Positions 9,917-20,819 of a DNA stretch of 64,000 nucleotides are shown piece by piece (within the stretch, counting starts at the first letter, position 1; every line of letters starts with the position of its first letter). This DNA comes from Thermoanaerobaculia bacterium. GTDB lineage: Bacteria > Acidobacteriota > Thermoanaerobaculia > Gp7-AA8. The notes beneath the pieces are model-generated. The model was not told where the DNA came from. It ran no database searches and was given only the letters and a program-made list of their open reading frames with translations. The translations under genes were made by a program, and so were the position numbers. The stretch spans positions 1,239 to 65,238 of the forward strand of contig DASYMJ010000009.1 in NCBI GenBank assembly GCA_036009105.1, read 5' to 3'.

Positions 9917-10674
9917 CAGCGCGGGAGTGTAACCGAGAAGGCGGCCTCGAAATTGGAGGTGGTCCGGGCCGCGACCTCCTCCAGGGGCAGGCCCCAAAGC
10001 TGGCCGAGGAGCTCCGCCACTTTGATGACGTAGGCCGGCTCGTTGTCGCGGCCGCGGAAGGGGACCGGCGCGAGGTACGGCGTGTCGGTCTCGATCAGCA
10101 CGCGGTCGTGCGGCAGCGACTTCGCCGCGGCGCGCAGCGGCTCGGCGCTGCGGAAGGTGACGATGCCGGAGAAGCTGATGAAGTAGCCCAGGTCGATCAG
10201 CTTCTTCGCCACCTCTGCCGTCTCGGTGAAGGAGTGGATGATGCCGCGCGCGCCGGCCTTGCCGAGGATCTCCACCAGGTCGGCGGTCGACTCCCGGTTG
10301 TGGATGATCACCGGCTTGTCGAGCCGCCGGGCCAGCTCGATGTGCCGCTCCAGCACCGCGCGCTGCACGGGGCGGGGCGAGTGATCGTAGTGGTAGTCGA
10401 GGCCGCACTCGCCGATGGCCACCACGCGATCGGCGCGCGCCAGTTGCTCGATGGCGGCGAACGCTTCGTCGTCGCAGTCCTTCGCCTCGTGCGGATGGAA
10501 ACCGACGGCGGCCCAGACATCGGGATGTTGCTGCGCAATGCCGACGGCGGCCGGCGCATCGTCGAGCTTCGTGCCCGGCACGACGAAGCCGCGCACGCCC
10601 TGGGCCCGGGCGCGGTCGAGATTCGCCGCCGTGTCGGACATGGTGAGATGGCAGTGCGAGTCGGTGAAGATCAT
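9916..10674 (-). CDS. tatD: TatD family metal-dependent hydrolase
   Basis: Internal start [10 protein letters not shown] of ORF 9916..11565. [12 protein letters not shown] and ETDTPYLAP motifs. ATGA overlap with thiolase stop at 10671-10674. Confidence 0.9.
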
Positions 10675-11828
10675 GCGCGCTCCACCAGGAGGGAGAGGCC
10701 CATGCCGCCGCTGATGCAGAGCGTGGCCAGCCCCAGGCGCTTGCCGCGCGTTTGCATGGCGTGCAAAAGCGTGGTCGTGATCCGCGCGCCGGTGGCGCCG
10801 ATGGGGTGGCCCAGGGCGATGGCCCCGCCGTGGACGTTCAGCTTCTCGCGGTCCAGGTGCAGCTCGCGGTCGCAGGCCAGCACCTGCGCGGCGAACGCTT
10901 CGTTCAGCTCGATGAGGTCGACGTCTTCCAGGCGCACGCCGCTCTTCTGCAGCAGCTTGCGCGTGGCCGGCACCGGGCCGATGCCCATCACCTTCGGATC
11001 GACGCCCGCCTGCGCATAGCCGACGATGCGCGCCAGCGGCTGGAGGCGGTGTTGCTTCACCGCGGTTGCCGAGGCCACGAGCATCGAAGAAGCGCCGTCG
11101 GTGACGCCGGAGGAGTTGCCGGCGTGCACCGTCCCATTCTTGCGGAAGACCGGCGGCAGCTTGGCGAGCGAGCCGAGGTCGGTGTCGAAGCGGGGATGCT
11201 CGTCCTGTTCGATGCCGTTCAGCGGCACGAGCTCGTCCGCGAAGCGCTGCTCGGCGTAAGCGACGGCGGCGCGGCGCTGCGTTTCCAGCGCGTACGCGTC
11301 CTGCTCCTCGCGCGTGATGACGTAGCGGTCGGCCAGCGTCTCCGCGGTGGCGCCCATCATCTCGTCGGCGAGCGGGCAGAGGAAGCCGTCGCGGTACATG
11401 CCGTCGACCACTTCGTCGTGCCCCATCTTCCTGCCCCAGCGGGCGCGGGTCAGCAGGTACGGCGTGTTCGACATCGACTCGGCGCCGCCCGCCAGCACGA
11501 CCGCGGCGTTGCCGAGGCGGAGCTGATCGGCCGCGTTGATGATGGCGCGCAGGCCGGAGCCGCAAGCCTGATTGACGGTGTACGCCGGCACCTCGTGGCG
11601 CAATCCGCTCTTGATGGCCACCTGCCGCGCGAGGTTCGGTCCGACCCCCGCCTGGCGCGCGTTGCCGAAGATGACTTCATCCACCGCGGTGGGATCGATG
11701 CCGCTCCGCTCGAGCGTGACCTGCGCGCTGGCGGTGCCAAGCTGGGCGGCGGTGAGGGAAGCCAGGCCGCCGCCGAATTTGCCGATGGGCGTGCGGACGG
11801 CGGCGATCAGGTAGAGGTCTTCGTTCAT
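10671..11828 (-). CDS. acetyl-CoA C-acetyltransferase (thiolase II)
   Basis: Internal start [20 protein letters not shown] of ORF 10671..12143. [10 protein letters not shown] active-site Cys region, C-terminal [11 protein letters not shown] and CISGGMG. ATGA overlap with M20 gene. Confidence 0.9.
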   Translation of the reverse strand: MNEDLYLIAAVRTPIGKFGGGLASLTAAQLGTASAQVTLERSGIDPTAVDEVIFGNARQAGVGPNLARQVAIKSGLRHEVPAYTVNQACGSGLRAIINAADQLRLGNAAVVLAGGAESMSNTPYLLTRARWGRKMGHDEVVDGMYRDGFLCPLADEMMGATAETLADRYVITREEQDAYALETQRRAAVAYAEQRFADELVPLNGIEQDEHPRFDTDLGSLAKLPPVFRKNGTVHAGNSSGVTDGASSMLVASATAVKQHRLQPLARIVGYAQAGVDPKVMGIGPVPATRKLLQKSGVRLEDVDLIELNEAFAAQVLACDRELHLDREKLNVHGGAIALGHPIGATGARITTTLLHAMQTRGKRLGLATLCISGGMGLSLLVERA

Positions 11829-12832
11829 GAGGTAAGTTGCAGCACGGTCTGGTGATACGTCTCCACCGCCTGCAACAATTCCTGCTTGCCGATCTTTTCC
11901 TTCGCGCCGTGCGCGTCGAGGATGGAGCCGGGGCCGAAGAGCAGCGGCTTGCCGAGGTTGCCCAGGTGGGGGACGTCCGTGTTGAAGGCGACCACGGTCG
12001 AGGGCGCGCCGTCCGGCACGTGCATGAACTGCGGCGGATTGCCCCGCCGCAACACGATGCGGCCGCCGTGGCGGGCCGCGATCGCGGCGAGATGATTCTC
12101 CACGTCCTGCTCCGGGCCGGCGGTGCGGAAGATCATCTCGCACTCGGCCGTGGCGGGGATGATGTTCGGCTTCTCGCCGCCGCGCACCACGCCCACGTTC
12201 ACCGTCGCCTTACCGAGCACGTCATGCCAGCCCCAGTCGGCCGCATTGATCTCCGCGATCGCCGCCACCATCCTGGTGATGGCCGAGTCGCCGCGCTCCG
12301 GATAGGCGGAGTGCGCCGCCACGCCGTCGAAGCGGACGAAGCAGGTCAGCGCGCCTTTCGAAGCGCGCGCGAACCGCGACTCGGTCGGCTCGCCGACCAG
12401 CACGTATTCACTGCCGAGGTCTTTGAAGGCGACGTTTGCCGACTTGGCGCCGATCGAGTCGGTCTCCTCCCCCACCACGAAGAGGAAGGCGAAGTCGCGA
12501 TGGCCCTCGTCGCGCAGGCGCACGCCGGCCGCGAGCATGGCGGCGATGATCCCTTTCGTATCGCACGCGCCGCGGCCGTAGATGTGCTCGTCGTCTTCAT
12601 ACGAGGCGAACCACGGCGGCACGGTGTCGATGTGCGAGTTGAGCACCACGCGCGGCCGCCCGCCGGCGGAGGCGAAGAGGTTGAAGCGCGTGCCGGTCAC
12701 TTCCTGGCGCCGGGTGGTGAAGCCGAGGCGCTGCAGCTCTTCGTCGAGAAAGACGCCGACGTGGTGCTCCTGGTCGGTGGGCGACGGGATCTCGATGAGC
12801 CGGCGGGCGAAGGCGATGGGAGCGAAGGGCAT
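11825..12832 (-). CDS. M20 family metallopeptidase (ArgE/DapE-like deacylase)
   Basis: ORF track 335 aa. HIDTVP, GRGACDTKG and VGEETDS motifs. Confidence 0.85.
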   Translation of the reverse strand: MPFAPIAFARRLIEIPSPTDQEHHVGVFLDEELQRLGFTTRRQEVTGTRFNLFASAGGRPRVVLNSHIDTVPPWFASYEDDEHIYGRGACDTKGIIAAMLAAGVRLRDEGHRDFAFLFVVGEETDSIGAKSANVAFKDLGSEYVLVGEPTESRFARASKGALTCFVRFDGVAAHSAYPERGDSAITRMVAAIAEINAADWGWHDVLGKATVNVGVVRGGEKPNIIPATAECEMIFRTAGPEQDVENHLAAIAARHGGRIVLRRGNPPQFMHVPDGAPSTVVAFNTDVPHLGNLGKPLLFGPGSILDAHGAKEKIGKQELLQAVETYHQTVLQLTS

Positions 12833-12852
12833 GGCGGTGGATTGTAGTGGCG

Positions 12853-12921
12853 AGTTGTCAGTTGTCGGTTGTCGGTAGCTCTACTGACAACCGACAACCG
12901 ACCGCTGACAACCGACAACTG
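12853..12921. repeat. REP-like imperfect palindrome built from CAGTTGTCGGTTGTC units (family 1, copy A) in divergent promoter region
   Basis: Seen directly: AGTTGTCAGTTGTCGGTTGTCGG ... TGACAACCGACAACCGACCGCTGACAACCGACAACTG. Confidence 0.7.
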
Positions 12922-12952
12922 CGCAGGCCCCTCCTTTGCACTACACGCAAAC

Positions 12953-13519
12953 ATGAAAAAGACAACTCTTCCGCTTGCGCTTCTGTCCATCGCGCTGCTG
13001 CTGACGGTCTCGTGCGCGACCCAGCATCAGCAGGCTGCCGTCAATGAAACCCGGACCATGACGTCGTCCGGGCTCGACCCGCTCACGGACGTCGAGGCGG
13101 GCGCCATCGCCCACACCCTCAACGACGGCGAGATCATGCTGGCCCGCATGGCCGTCGCCAACGCGACGAACCCGGCCGTACGCGACTTCGCGCAGATGAT
13201 GATCACCGACCACACGAACGCGAATGCGATGCTGGAGCGGGAAGGCTATGCCGCCAAGCCGAACTCCGCCGTGAACGCGCTCAACCAGCAGGTCGACCAC
13301 ATGCGCAACATGCTCCAGTCGAGCAGCGGCCCCGGCTTCGACCGGGCGTACATCTCCGGCCAGATCGACATGCACCAGAACGCGCTGGCCATGGTCGGCA
13401 AGAACCTGCAGCCGAGCGCCCAGGACCCCGACCTGCGCAACATCCTCGGCAATATGCGCAGCACGGTGGAGATGCACCTCCAGCACGCCAGGGACCTGCA
13501 GAATCAGATCGGCAGGTAG
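12953..13519 (+). CDS. DUF4142-like lipoprotein
   Basis: Internal start MKKTTLPLALLSIALLLTVSC (lipobox) of ORF 12869..13519. DFAQMMITDH and FDRAYISGQIDMHQNAL fit the DUF4142 D..F..M...H pattern. Confidence 0.65.
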   Translation: MKKTTLPLALLSIALLLTVSCATQHQQAAVNETRTMTSSGLDPLTDVEAGAIAHTLNDGEIMLARMAVANATNPAVRDFAQMMITDHTNANAMLEREGYAAKPNSAVNALNQQVDHMRNMLQSSSGPGFDRAYISGQIDMHQNALAMVGKNLQPSAQDPDLRNILGNMRSTVEMHLQHARDLQNQIGR

Positions 13520-13528
13520 TTGGCGGAC

Positions 13529-13624
13529 CAGTTGTCGGTTGTCAGTTGTCGGTTGTCCGTCAGTTGTCAGTCGTACGACGGCGTACGACGGCACTGATAA
13601 CTGACAACTGACCACCGACAACTG
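13529..13624. repeat. REP-like palindrome, family 1 copy B (CAGTTGTCGGTTGTC units) in convergent terminator region
   Basis: Seen directly. Same unit as 12853..12921, with central CGTACGACGG x2. Confidence 0.7.
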
Positions 13625-13627
13625 CTT

Positions 13628-15202
<1,575 letters not shown>

Positions 15203-15281
15203 GGAAGGACACATTGTACCCCCCGGAGGGCAACCCACAGAATCGAAATACCTTACGCCGCGCGTCCGGTTTGCTTCCGAT

Positions 15282-16325
15282 GTGCGCCCGGCCTTTCTGT
15301 CGCTGCTGCTCGTCGCGCTGCCCGCCCTGGCGCGCGTGACGTTCGTCTCCCCATTGCAGGGCGCGCAGGCGGTCGGACCGCAGTGGCTCGAGGTGACGAC
15401 GGATGCCGCGAACGTCGATCGCGTGGAGCTTTCGGTGGATGGCGTGCTGGTCGGAGTCGCGCGCAAGGCACCGTGGCGCGTGGCGCATGACTTCGGCGCC
15501 GCGCTCGCGCCGCACGTGGTGACGGCGAAGGTGCTGTCGAACGGCTACCGCGGCAGCGAATCGGCCTCCATCACCACGGCGGTGGGTGAGACGTTCAACG
15601 TCGATCTGGTCGAGGTGCCGCTGCGGCTCCGCTCCTCGCGCACCGTTCGCGCGGAGGACCTGCGCTTGACGGAGAACGGCATCGAGCAAACCATTCGCGA
15701 GCTCGCGCCCGATCGCGGCCCGGCGCGCTTCGTCTTCGTGATCGACCGCTCCCTGAGCATGGGCGAGGGGCGCCTCGCCGCCGCGCTGCGCGCCGTCGAC
15801 TCCGAGACGCGATTCCTGCGGCCAGGCGACAGCGTTTCGGTGATCCTCTTCAACCACAACGTCGCCGCGCCGCGCGAGGTGGGCAAGGGCGAGAAGGTGG
15901 CCACGCTCTTCGCCGGCACGACGCCGAGCGGCGGCACCTCGCTGCGCGATGCGCTCGCCTCGATCCCCTCCCGCCCACGCACGTACGCGATCGTGATCAC
16001 CGACGGCGGCGACCGCAACAGCGAGCTCTCCGAGGAGGCGGCGCTGCGCCGCATCAGCAACACCAAGACGGTGGTCGATGGGCTGGTCCTCGGCGACCGG
16101 AGCCGCTTCCTGGAGACCGCCGCGAAGAACACGGGCGGGCGGGCGGTGGAGGTGGAGCGCGACGAGCTCGGGACCGCGCTGCACGAGCTGATCGAGGACA
16201 TCAACAGCCGCTACACGCTCGCCTATCAAAGCCACGGTGCGAAGCCGGGCTGGCGAGCCATCACCATCACGGCGAAGAAAGGGGTGACGGTGGGCGACGC
16301 GAGGAGGGGCTACTTTGCCGAGTAA
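15282..16325 (+). CDS. von Willebrand factor A domain protein (secreted)
   Basis: ORF 15201..16325. FVFVIDRSLSM, GGTSLRDAL and IVITDGGD vWA/MIDAS motifs. Probable GTG start at 15282 giving signal peptide RPAFLSLLLVALPALA. The ATG at 15201 would overlap the kinase start. Confidence 0.7.
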   Translation: MRPAFLSLLLVALPALARVTFVSPLQGAQAVGPQWLEVTTDAANVDRVELSVDGVLVGVARKAPWRVAHDFGAALAPHVVTAKVLSNGYRGSESASITTAVGETFNVDLVEVPLRLRSSRTVRAEDLRLTENGIEQTIRELAPDRGPARFVFVIDRSLSMGEGRLAAALRAVDSETRFLRPGDSVSVILFNHNVAAPREVGKGEKVATLFAGTTPSGGTSLRDALASIPSRPRTYAIVITDGGDRNSELSEEAALRRISNTKTVVDGLVLGDRSRFLETAAKNTGGRAVEVERDELGTALHELIEDINSRYTLAYQSHGAKPGWRAITITAKKGVTVGDARRGYFAE

Positions 16326-17760
16326 AGCGATCAGCGATCGGCGATCGGCGGTCAGGAGCGCCGGCCTCGTACTGGCACTCGTTCTCCTGATCGCTGATCG
16401 CCGATCGCTGCTCGCTCAACAGCGCATCGCGTCGGACTTCGAAATCGCCCAGATGGAGCGCCAGGCCGCCGGGCAGCGCGACTTCCTGGCCCAACTCTCC
16501 GCCCATCTCAACCTGGGCGACCTTCGCCTCACCCGCAACGAAGCCGCGCTCGCCCGCGCCGAGTATGCGCGAGCGGTGGACATCGCGATGAAAGGCCGGC
16601 TCGAAGCCCGCCGCGACTCCGACTACACCCGCTACGCCTCGGCCACCGCCTACGCCGGTCTGGCCCAGGCGAAGCTCGGCGACAAGGCGCAGGCCTTCGC
16701 CCTTCTCGAAGAAGCGCTGCGCTATGCCAGCGACGACGCGAAGAGCTGGAACCTCTACGCCACGGCCATGTCGCTGCTGCGCCAGCCGAAGAAGGCGGTG
16801 AGCGCGGCGCGCAATGCGGTGGCCATCGGCGGCGAGCCGCTCGACCTCGCCGTCTACCGCTACTCCCTCGCCTCCGCGCTGATCGAAGCGGGCGAGCGTG
16901 CGGAGGCGGAGCAACTGCTGGCCCGCATCGTGGCCGACCTCCGCTCCCCTTCCTTCGATCCGCTGCGGCGCTCGCTGGCGAAGAAAGAACAGTTCGAGAT
17001 CTACTCCACGGCACGCGGCGACGAGGCGGCGTACCTCTCCCTGCTCAACCGCTCCCAGCTGCGCCTGGCCGCGCTTTACGAAGCACGGGGCAACGTGGCG
17101 AAAGCGCGCGCCACGTACGAAGGCGTCCTCGAAGCGCGCAGCGACGACGCCACCGCGCTGGCCGCCCTGGCCCGGCTGACCAAGGGCGACGAGCGGGACC
17201 GCTACTTCGCCGAGGCTTTCGATGCGAATCCTTTCTCCCTCGCTTTGATCGAAGAGTACCGGCGGACGCCGCACGCCGCGCCCACGGGCACGTCCACCGG
17301 CGCGCGGATGCGGATGGCGATCGACCAGATGACGCGCAGGGAACACATCGCGGCGCGGGAAACGCTGAACGCGCTGGCCGCGAAGTTCCCGGAGAACGAA
17401 ACGCTGCGCTCCCTCCTTGCCGCGAACGAGCACGACATGGAGGGGGAGATCGCCACGAACGAGCTGCGCGGCCTGCTCCTCACCTGGAACAGCATCGCGC
17501 CGGAGAACCGCGCCGCGCTCGATCAGCGGACGTTCACCTACCCGGCGACGTTCGACAGCGCCCTGCCCGGCCAGCCGGGCCAGACCGTGTTCGAGTCCGG
17601 CACTGTCGACGAAGTGCCGTTCCGCTTCTCCGAGCCGACCGCGTTCAACGGCCAGTTCGGCACGACCGCGCGCCTCACCTTCCACATCCTCGGCGTGACC
17701 AAGCAGCACGGCGCCGACGCGCTGCTGCTCGAGCCGCTGCGCCTGGAGGCCCTGCCGTGA
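16315..17760 (+). CDS. TPR-like repeat secreted protein
   Basis: ORF track 481 aa. Helical repeat composition. Start region coincides with a palindromic repeat, so the exact start is uncertain. Confidence 0.55.
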   Translation: MPSKAISDRRSAVRSAGLVLALVLLIADRRSLLAQQRIASDFEIAQMERQAAGQRDFLAQLSAHLNLGDLRLTRNEAALARAEYARAVDIAMKGRLEARRDSDYTRYASATAYAGLAQAKLGDKAQAFALLEEALRYASDDAKSWNLYATAMSLLRQPKKAVSAARNAVAIGGEPLDLAVYRYSLASALIEAGERAEAEQLLARIVADLRSPSFDPLRRSLAKKEQFEIYSTARGDEAAYLSLLNRSQLRLAALYEARGNVAKARATYEGVLEARSDDATALAALARLTKGDERDRYFAEAFDANPFSLALIEEYRRTPHAAPTGTSTGARMRMAIDQMTRREHIAARETLNALAAKFPENETLRSLLAANEHDMEGEIATNELRGLLLTWNSIAPENRAALDQRTFTYPATFDSALPGQPGQTVFESGTVDEVPFRFSEPTAFNGQFGTTARLTFHILGVTKQHGADALLLEPLRLEALP

Positions 17761-18743
17761 TCCGGCGCGCGAGCGTCGCGCTCGCTTTCCTGCTCCTGCT
17801 CGCTGCGCCGCTGGCCGCGCAGCAGGTGGCGAGCACCGGGAAAGGCGTCCTCGTGGCGCACGACGGTGTGATCGAGCTCGGCAGCTGGAAAACGGCAGGG
17901 GTGGCGAACGCCACGGCGATCGTGGTCGGCACCGAGCGCGGGGCGGTTCTCGACGCGCTGGCGAACGAGGTGCGCATCGTCGATTTTGCAAAACGGAAAA
18001 CAGAGTCGCGCAAGGTCAACGAGACGCCCATCGCGGGCGTATTCATAGGGAACACGCTTTATATCCTCGAGCGGGATGCTCGAGCCCTCGAAAGGATCGG
18101 CGCGGATGGTGCGGGGGCGTCCGTGGTACTCGCCGCCGATCCGGCTTTTCTCCGCCAGGCGAACGGCATCCTCTACGCGTACTCGCGCTCCGCGGGCATC
18201 GTGCAGGAGATCACCACCGCGCCGTTCGCCATCCGCCGCACCTTGCGCGTCGCGCCGTTCGCTTCGGACTTCGAAACCGACGGCCGAAGCGGCTACCTGG
18301 TCTATCCGCGCGAAGCGAAGATCCGCACCTTCGATCTGGGCCGGATGATCACGAACGGCGAGCTCGCCGCCGGCGCGGTGCCGGTGGATCTCGCCTTCGC
18401 CGGCCGCACCCTCGCGCTCGCCGATCCATCCGCCAAGCGGGTCTGGCTCCTGGAAGGCTCCCAGTCCGTCAGCCAGGCCTTCGCCCGCGGTTTCCTCCGC
18501 GGCCTCCTCGGCCTGGGGCTCGGCGGCGACCGCGACTCCGCCTTTCCCACCGGCATCGACCGCGTGCTGATCCGCGGCTCGCAGTGGCTTGCGTACGATT
18601 CGAGCTCGGGCACGCTCTACCGTTTCACGAAAGCGAAGAGCTCGGTGATCGCCCGCGGCGTGGCGCCCGGCAGCTTCGCCCTCACGGCGGAGGGCGTCGT
18701 CCTCTGGCGGAACGGTATGTTGGTTGCAGAAAAGGATCACTGA
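17757..18743 (+). CDS. secreted hypothetical protein (beta-rich)
   Basis: ORF track. GTGA overlap with upstream gene. Signal peptide ALAFLLLLAAPLAAQ. Confidence 0.5.
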   Translation: MIRRASVALAFLLLLAAPLAAQQVASTGKGVLVAHDGVIELGSWKTAGVANATAIVVGTERGAVLDALANEVRIVDFAKRKTESRKVNETPIAGVFIGNTLYILERDARALERIGADGAGASVVLAADPAFLRQANGILYAYSRSAGIVQEITTAPFAIRRTLRVAPFASDFETDGRSGYLVYPREAKIRTFDLGRMITNGELAAGAVPVDLAFAGRTLALADPSAKRVWLLEGSQSVSQAFARGFLRGLLGLGLGGDRDSAFPTGIDRVLIRGSQWLAYDSSSGTLYRFTKAKSSVIARGVAPGSFALTAEGVVLWRNGMLVAEKDH

Positions 18744-19627
18744 TGAGCGAACGAAGACCGTGTATCCGCTGCGGGCGTGCCATCGACGCCTGGGCGAAGA
18801 TCTGCCCCTATTGCAATCAGGACCAGACGGCGCCGGTGCCGTCCGACGATCCGGCCCATGCTGCTTCGACGTACGTGCCGAAGGCGGAAAACAAGTTGAG
18901 GAAGCGCCTGCTGATGGCGGGCGGCGCGGTGGTGCTGGTCATCGCCATGTTCGCGGTCGGCTTCGCCATCATCAACCACAAGACCTCCCTGGCCAAGGAG
19001 CCGGAGGTGAAGGAAGAGGTGCCGGAGGTGGCGCCGCCGCCGGCGCGGCCGAGCTCGGACGTGAAGCTCGTGCCGACCAGCGAGATGCCGACCTCGACGG
19101 AGCTGATCGAGGCGCCGATCACCAGCGCGCCGGCCACCAACTCCGCGGAGAACGTCCCCACCGAATACCAGCGCACCGACGCCACCGCCGTCGCCTCGGA
19201 TGAATACGCGCAGATGGCCGCCCGCGACAAGGCGGCGAGGAAGAAGAAGATGGATGCGCTGATCGATCCGCGCACGCTCAGCGGCGCCGCGTACAACCAG
19301 GGCGCGGCTCCGCCGCCGCGGCCGATGATCTCCGCCGCCCCGCCGCCGCCCGCCCCGGTGGCCCGTCCCGCGGCGGTCACGCGTCCCATTCCGGAGTACC
19401 AGCCCATCCCGCGCATCCGCGTCTCGCACAACGTCACGGCCCGGCTCGACCTCATGATCGGCGCCGACGGCCGGGTCACCGAAGTCAACCTGCGGGAGGC
19501 GATCCCCGGCGAGAGCGCGCGCCTCATCGCCGCCATCCAGTCCTGGCGCTTCAAGCCGGCCACCGAGAACGGCGTGCCGGTTGCCGCCCCGTTCACCGTG
19601 GATATATCGTTCCATGCGGATGAGTAA
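18743..19627 (+). CDS. zinc-ribbon / TM / Pro-rich / TonB C-terminal-like domain protein
   Basis: Internal start MSERRPCIRCGRAIDAWAKICPYCNQ (CxxC...CxxC). TM LLMAGGAVVLVIAMFAVGFAII. C-terminus RFKPATENGVPVAAPFTVDISF is TonB_C-like. TGATGA coupling at 18741-18746. Confidence 0.65.
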   Translation: MSERRPCIRCGRAIDAWAKICPYCNQDQTAPVPSDDPAHAASTYVPKAENKLRKRLLMAGGAVVLVIAMFAVGFAIINHKTSLAKEPEVKEEVPEVAPPPARPSSDVKLVPTSEMPTSTELIEAPITSAPATNSAENVPTEYQRTDATAVASDEYAQMAARDKAARKKKMDALIDPRTLSGAAYNQGAAPPPRPMISAAPPPPAPVARPAAVTRPIPEYQPIPRIRVSHNVTARLDLMIGADGRVTEVNLREAIPGESARLIAAIQSWRFKPATENGVPVAAPFTVDISFHADE

Positions 19628-20117
19628 AGCCGTTTGCGCGCACTGCCGCCGGAAGATCGACGCGGCGGCCAAGCTCTGCCCGTATTGCGGCGCCGATCCG
19701 GAGACCGGACTGCGCGTTGATACGCAGGCCATCCTGCAGCAGGTCTTCCGCCCGAAGAAGCTGTCGACGGGGGAGAACGTCCTCGAATACGCCCGGCAGC
19801 GGCAGGGCATCGTGGTCGCCATCGGCATCGCGGTGGTCTTCCTGATCCTGGCCGCCGCGCACTCCTACATCAGCGCGCGCAATGCGACGTCGGACGCGAG
19901 TGGCCCCGCCGTTCCGCTGACCGAGGTGACGGACCTGAGCAGCCAGCCGGAGGAGACTCGCGGACAGGCCATGCCGGAGCTGCAGGTGCAGATGGACGGC
20001 AACCCGCAGCGCCTGCGCCAGTTCGTCGTGGAGCCGGGCGCGATCGCCCCGGCCGCCCCTCCCGCCGCCACCACCACCGCCCCACCCGCCGCCCCGGCCC
20101 GCCCCGCCGCGCGATGA
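19614..20117 (+). CDS. zinc-ribbon membrane protein (paralogous in architecture to upstream gene)
   Basis: MRMSKAVCAHCRRKIDAAAKLCPYCGADP zinc ribbon, TM, Pro/Ala-rich tail. Overlaps upstream stop. Confidence 0.55.
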   Translation: MRMSKAVCAHCRRKIDAAAKLCPYCGADPETGLRVDTQAILQQVFRPKKLSTGENVLEYARQRQGIVVAIGIAVVFLILAAAHSYISARNATSDASGPAVPLTEVTDLSSQPEETRGQAMPELQVQMDGNPQRLRQFVVEPGAIAPAAPPAATTTAPPAAPARPAAR

Positions 20118-20698
20118 TCGGCGTCGCGGTGCTGCTGATCGCCCTGGTGCTGATCGGCTGGGGGGTGTCGTGGATGCTGGCCCAGAAGCCGGTCACCTCC
20201 GCGCAGCAGCTCATCCAGCAGCATCGCTACGAGGAGGCCGTCGTCGCCGCGGCGAAAGATCCGCTCCATCGGGCCGAGGCCCTGAAGCTGCTGGGCCGGT
20301 TCGAGGAGGCCATCGCGTCGTACGAGCGCTCGGACGATCCCGCCGCAAAAGAAGGCATCGCGCTGTCGCTGGCCCACCTCGGCCGCGACCTGGACCGGGC
20401 CAAGGCGCTGATGGAGCAGACCATCGCCCAGCATCCTCAGATCATGGAGTTCCAGGCCCTGGGGCTCGCCTTCGTGCTGCTCGAACGGGGCGAGCGGGAG
20501 GCGGCGCTGCGCCTCTTCACCGACAACGCGGTGCTGCTGGAGACCCGCTTCCATGACGACTACACCGATCCCGACCCGCTGCTCGCCGAGACGCTGGTGA
20601 TGTACGCCGCGCTGATGGCGGCCATGGGCGACGAGGGGCGGGCGGAGGCTCTGCGGGGGCGGGCGGCGGAGTGGGCGCCGCGCAGCGTGTGGAGCTAG
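20114..20698 (+). CDS. membrane-anchored TPR-like protein
   Basis: ORF track 194 aa. N-terminal TM MIGVAVLLIALVLIGWGVSWML, helical repeats. Confidence 0.5.
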   Translation: MIGVAVLLIALVLIGWGVSWMLAQKPVTSAQQLIQQHRYEEAVVAAAKDPLHRAEALKLLGRFEEAIASYERSDDPAAKEGIALSLAHLGRDLDRAKALMEQTIAQHPQIMEFQALGLAFVLLERGEREAALRLFTDNAVLLETRFHDDYTDPDPLLAETLVMYAALMAAMGDEGRAEALRGRAAEWAPRSVWS

Positions 20699-20699
20699 C

Positions 20700-20819
20700 C
20701 GTTCCCTCAATTCCGGAACAACTTTGACCGCATTTCGTGACCGCGTCTATGTGTAGTAGCACTAATGTATATGCATGCTACTGCACATCCACCTATCCGC
20801 TGACCAAAGGAGAGTCCTC
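20700..20819 (+). promoter_or_regulatory. AT-rich promoter/operator region with inverted repeat (GTAGTAGCA...TGCTACTGC) and strong SD (AAAGGAGAG) for metalloprotease gene
   Basis: Seen directly. Locally AT-rich relative to ~68% GC background. Confidence 0.45.

Noticed and set aside
8093-10033. 646-aa plus-strand ORF and other long antisense ORFs (38882..40495, 41026..42852, 56282..57271, 58413..59651)
   Set aside because: Each lies opposite a motif-supported gene. Compositionally biased translations.
9916-11565. 549-aa ORF suggesting a TatD with a long N-terminal extension, and 406-aa ORF for the GT2
   Set aside because: N-terminal extensions are Pro/Arg-rich and overlap upstream genes. Conserved family N-termini ([25 protein letters not shown]) and ATGA coupling indicate internal starts.
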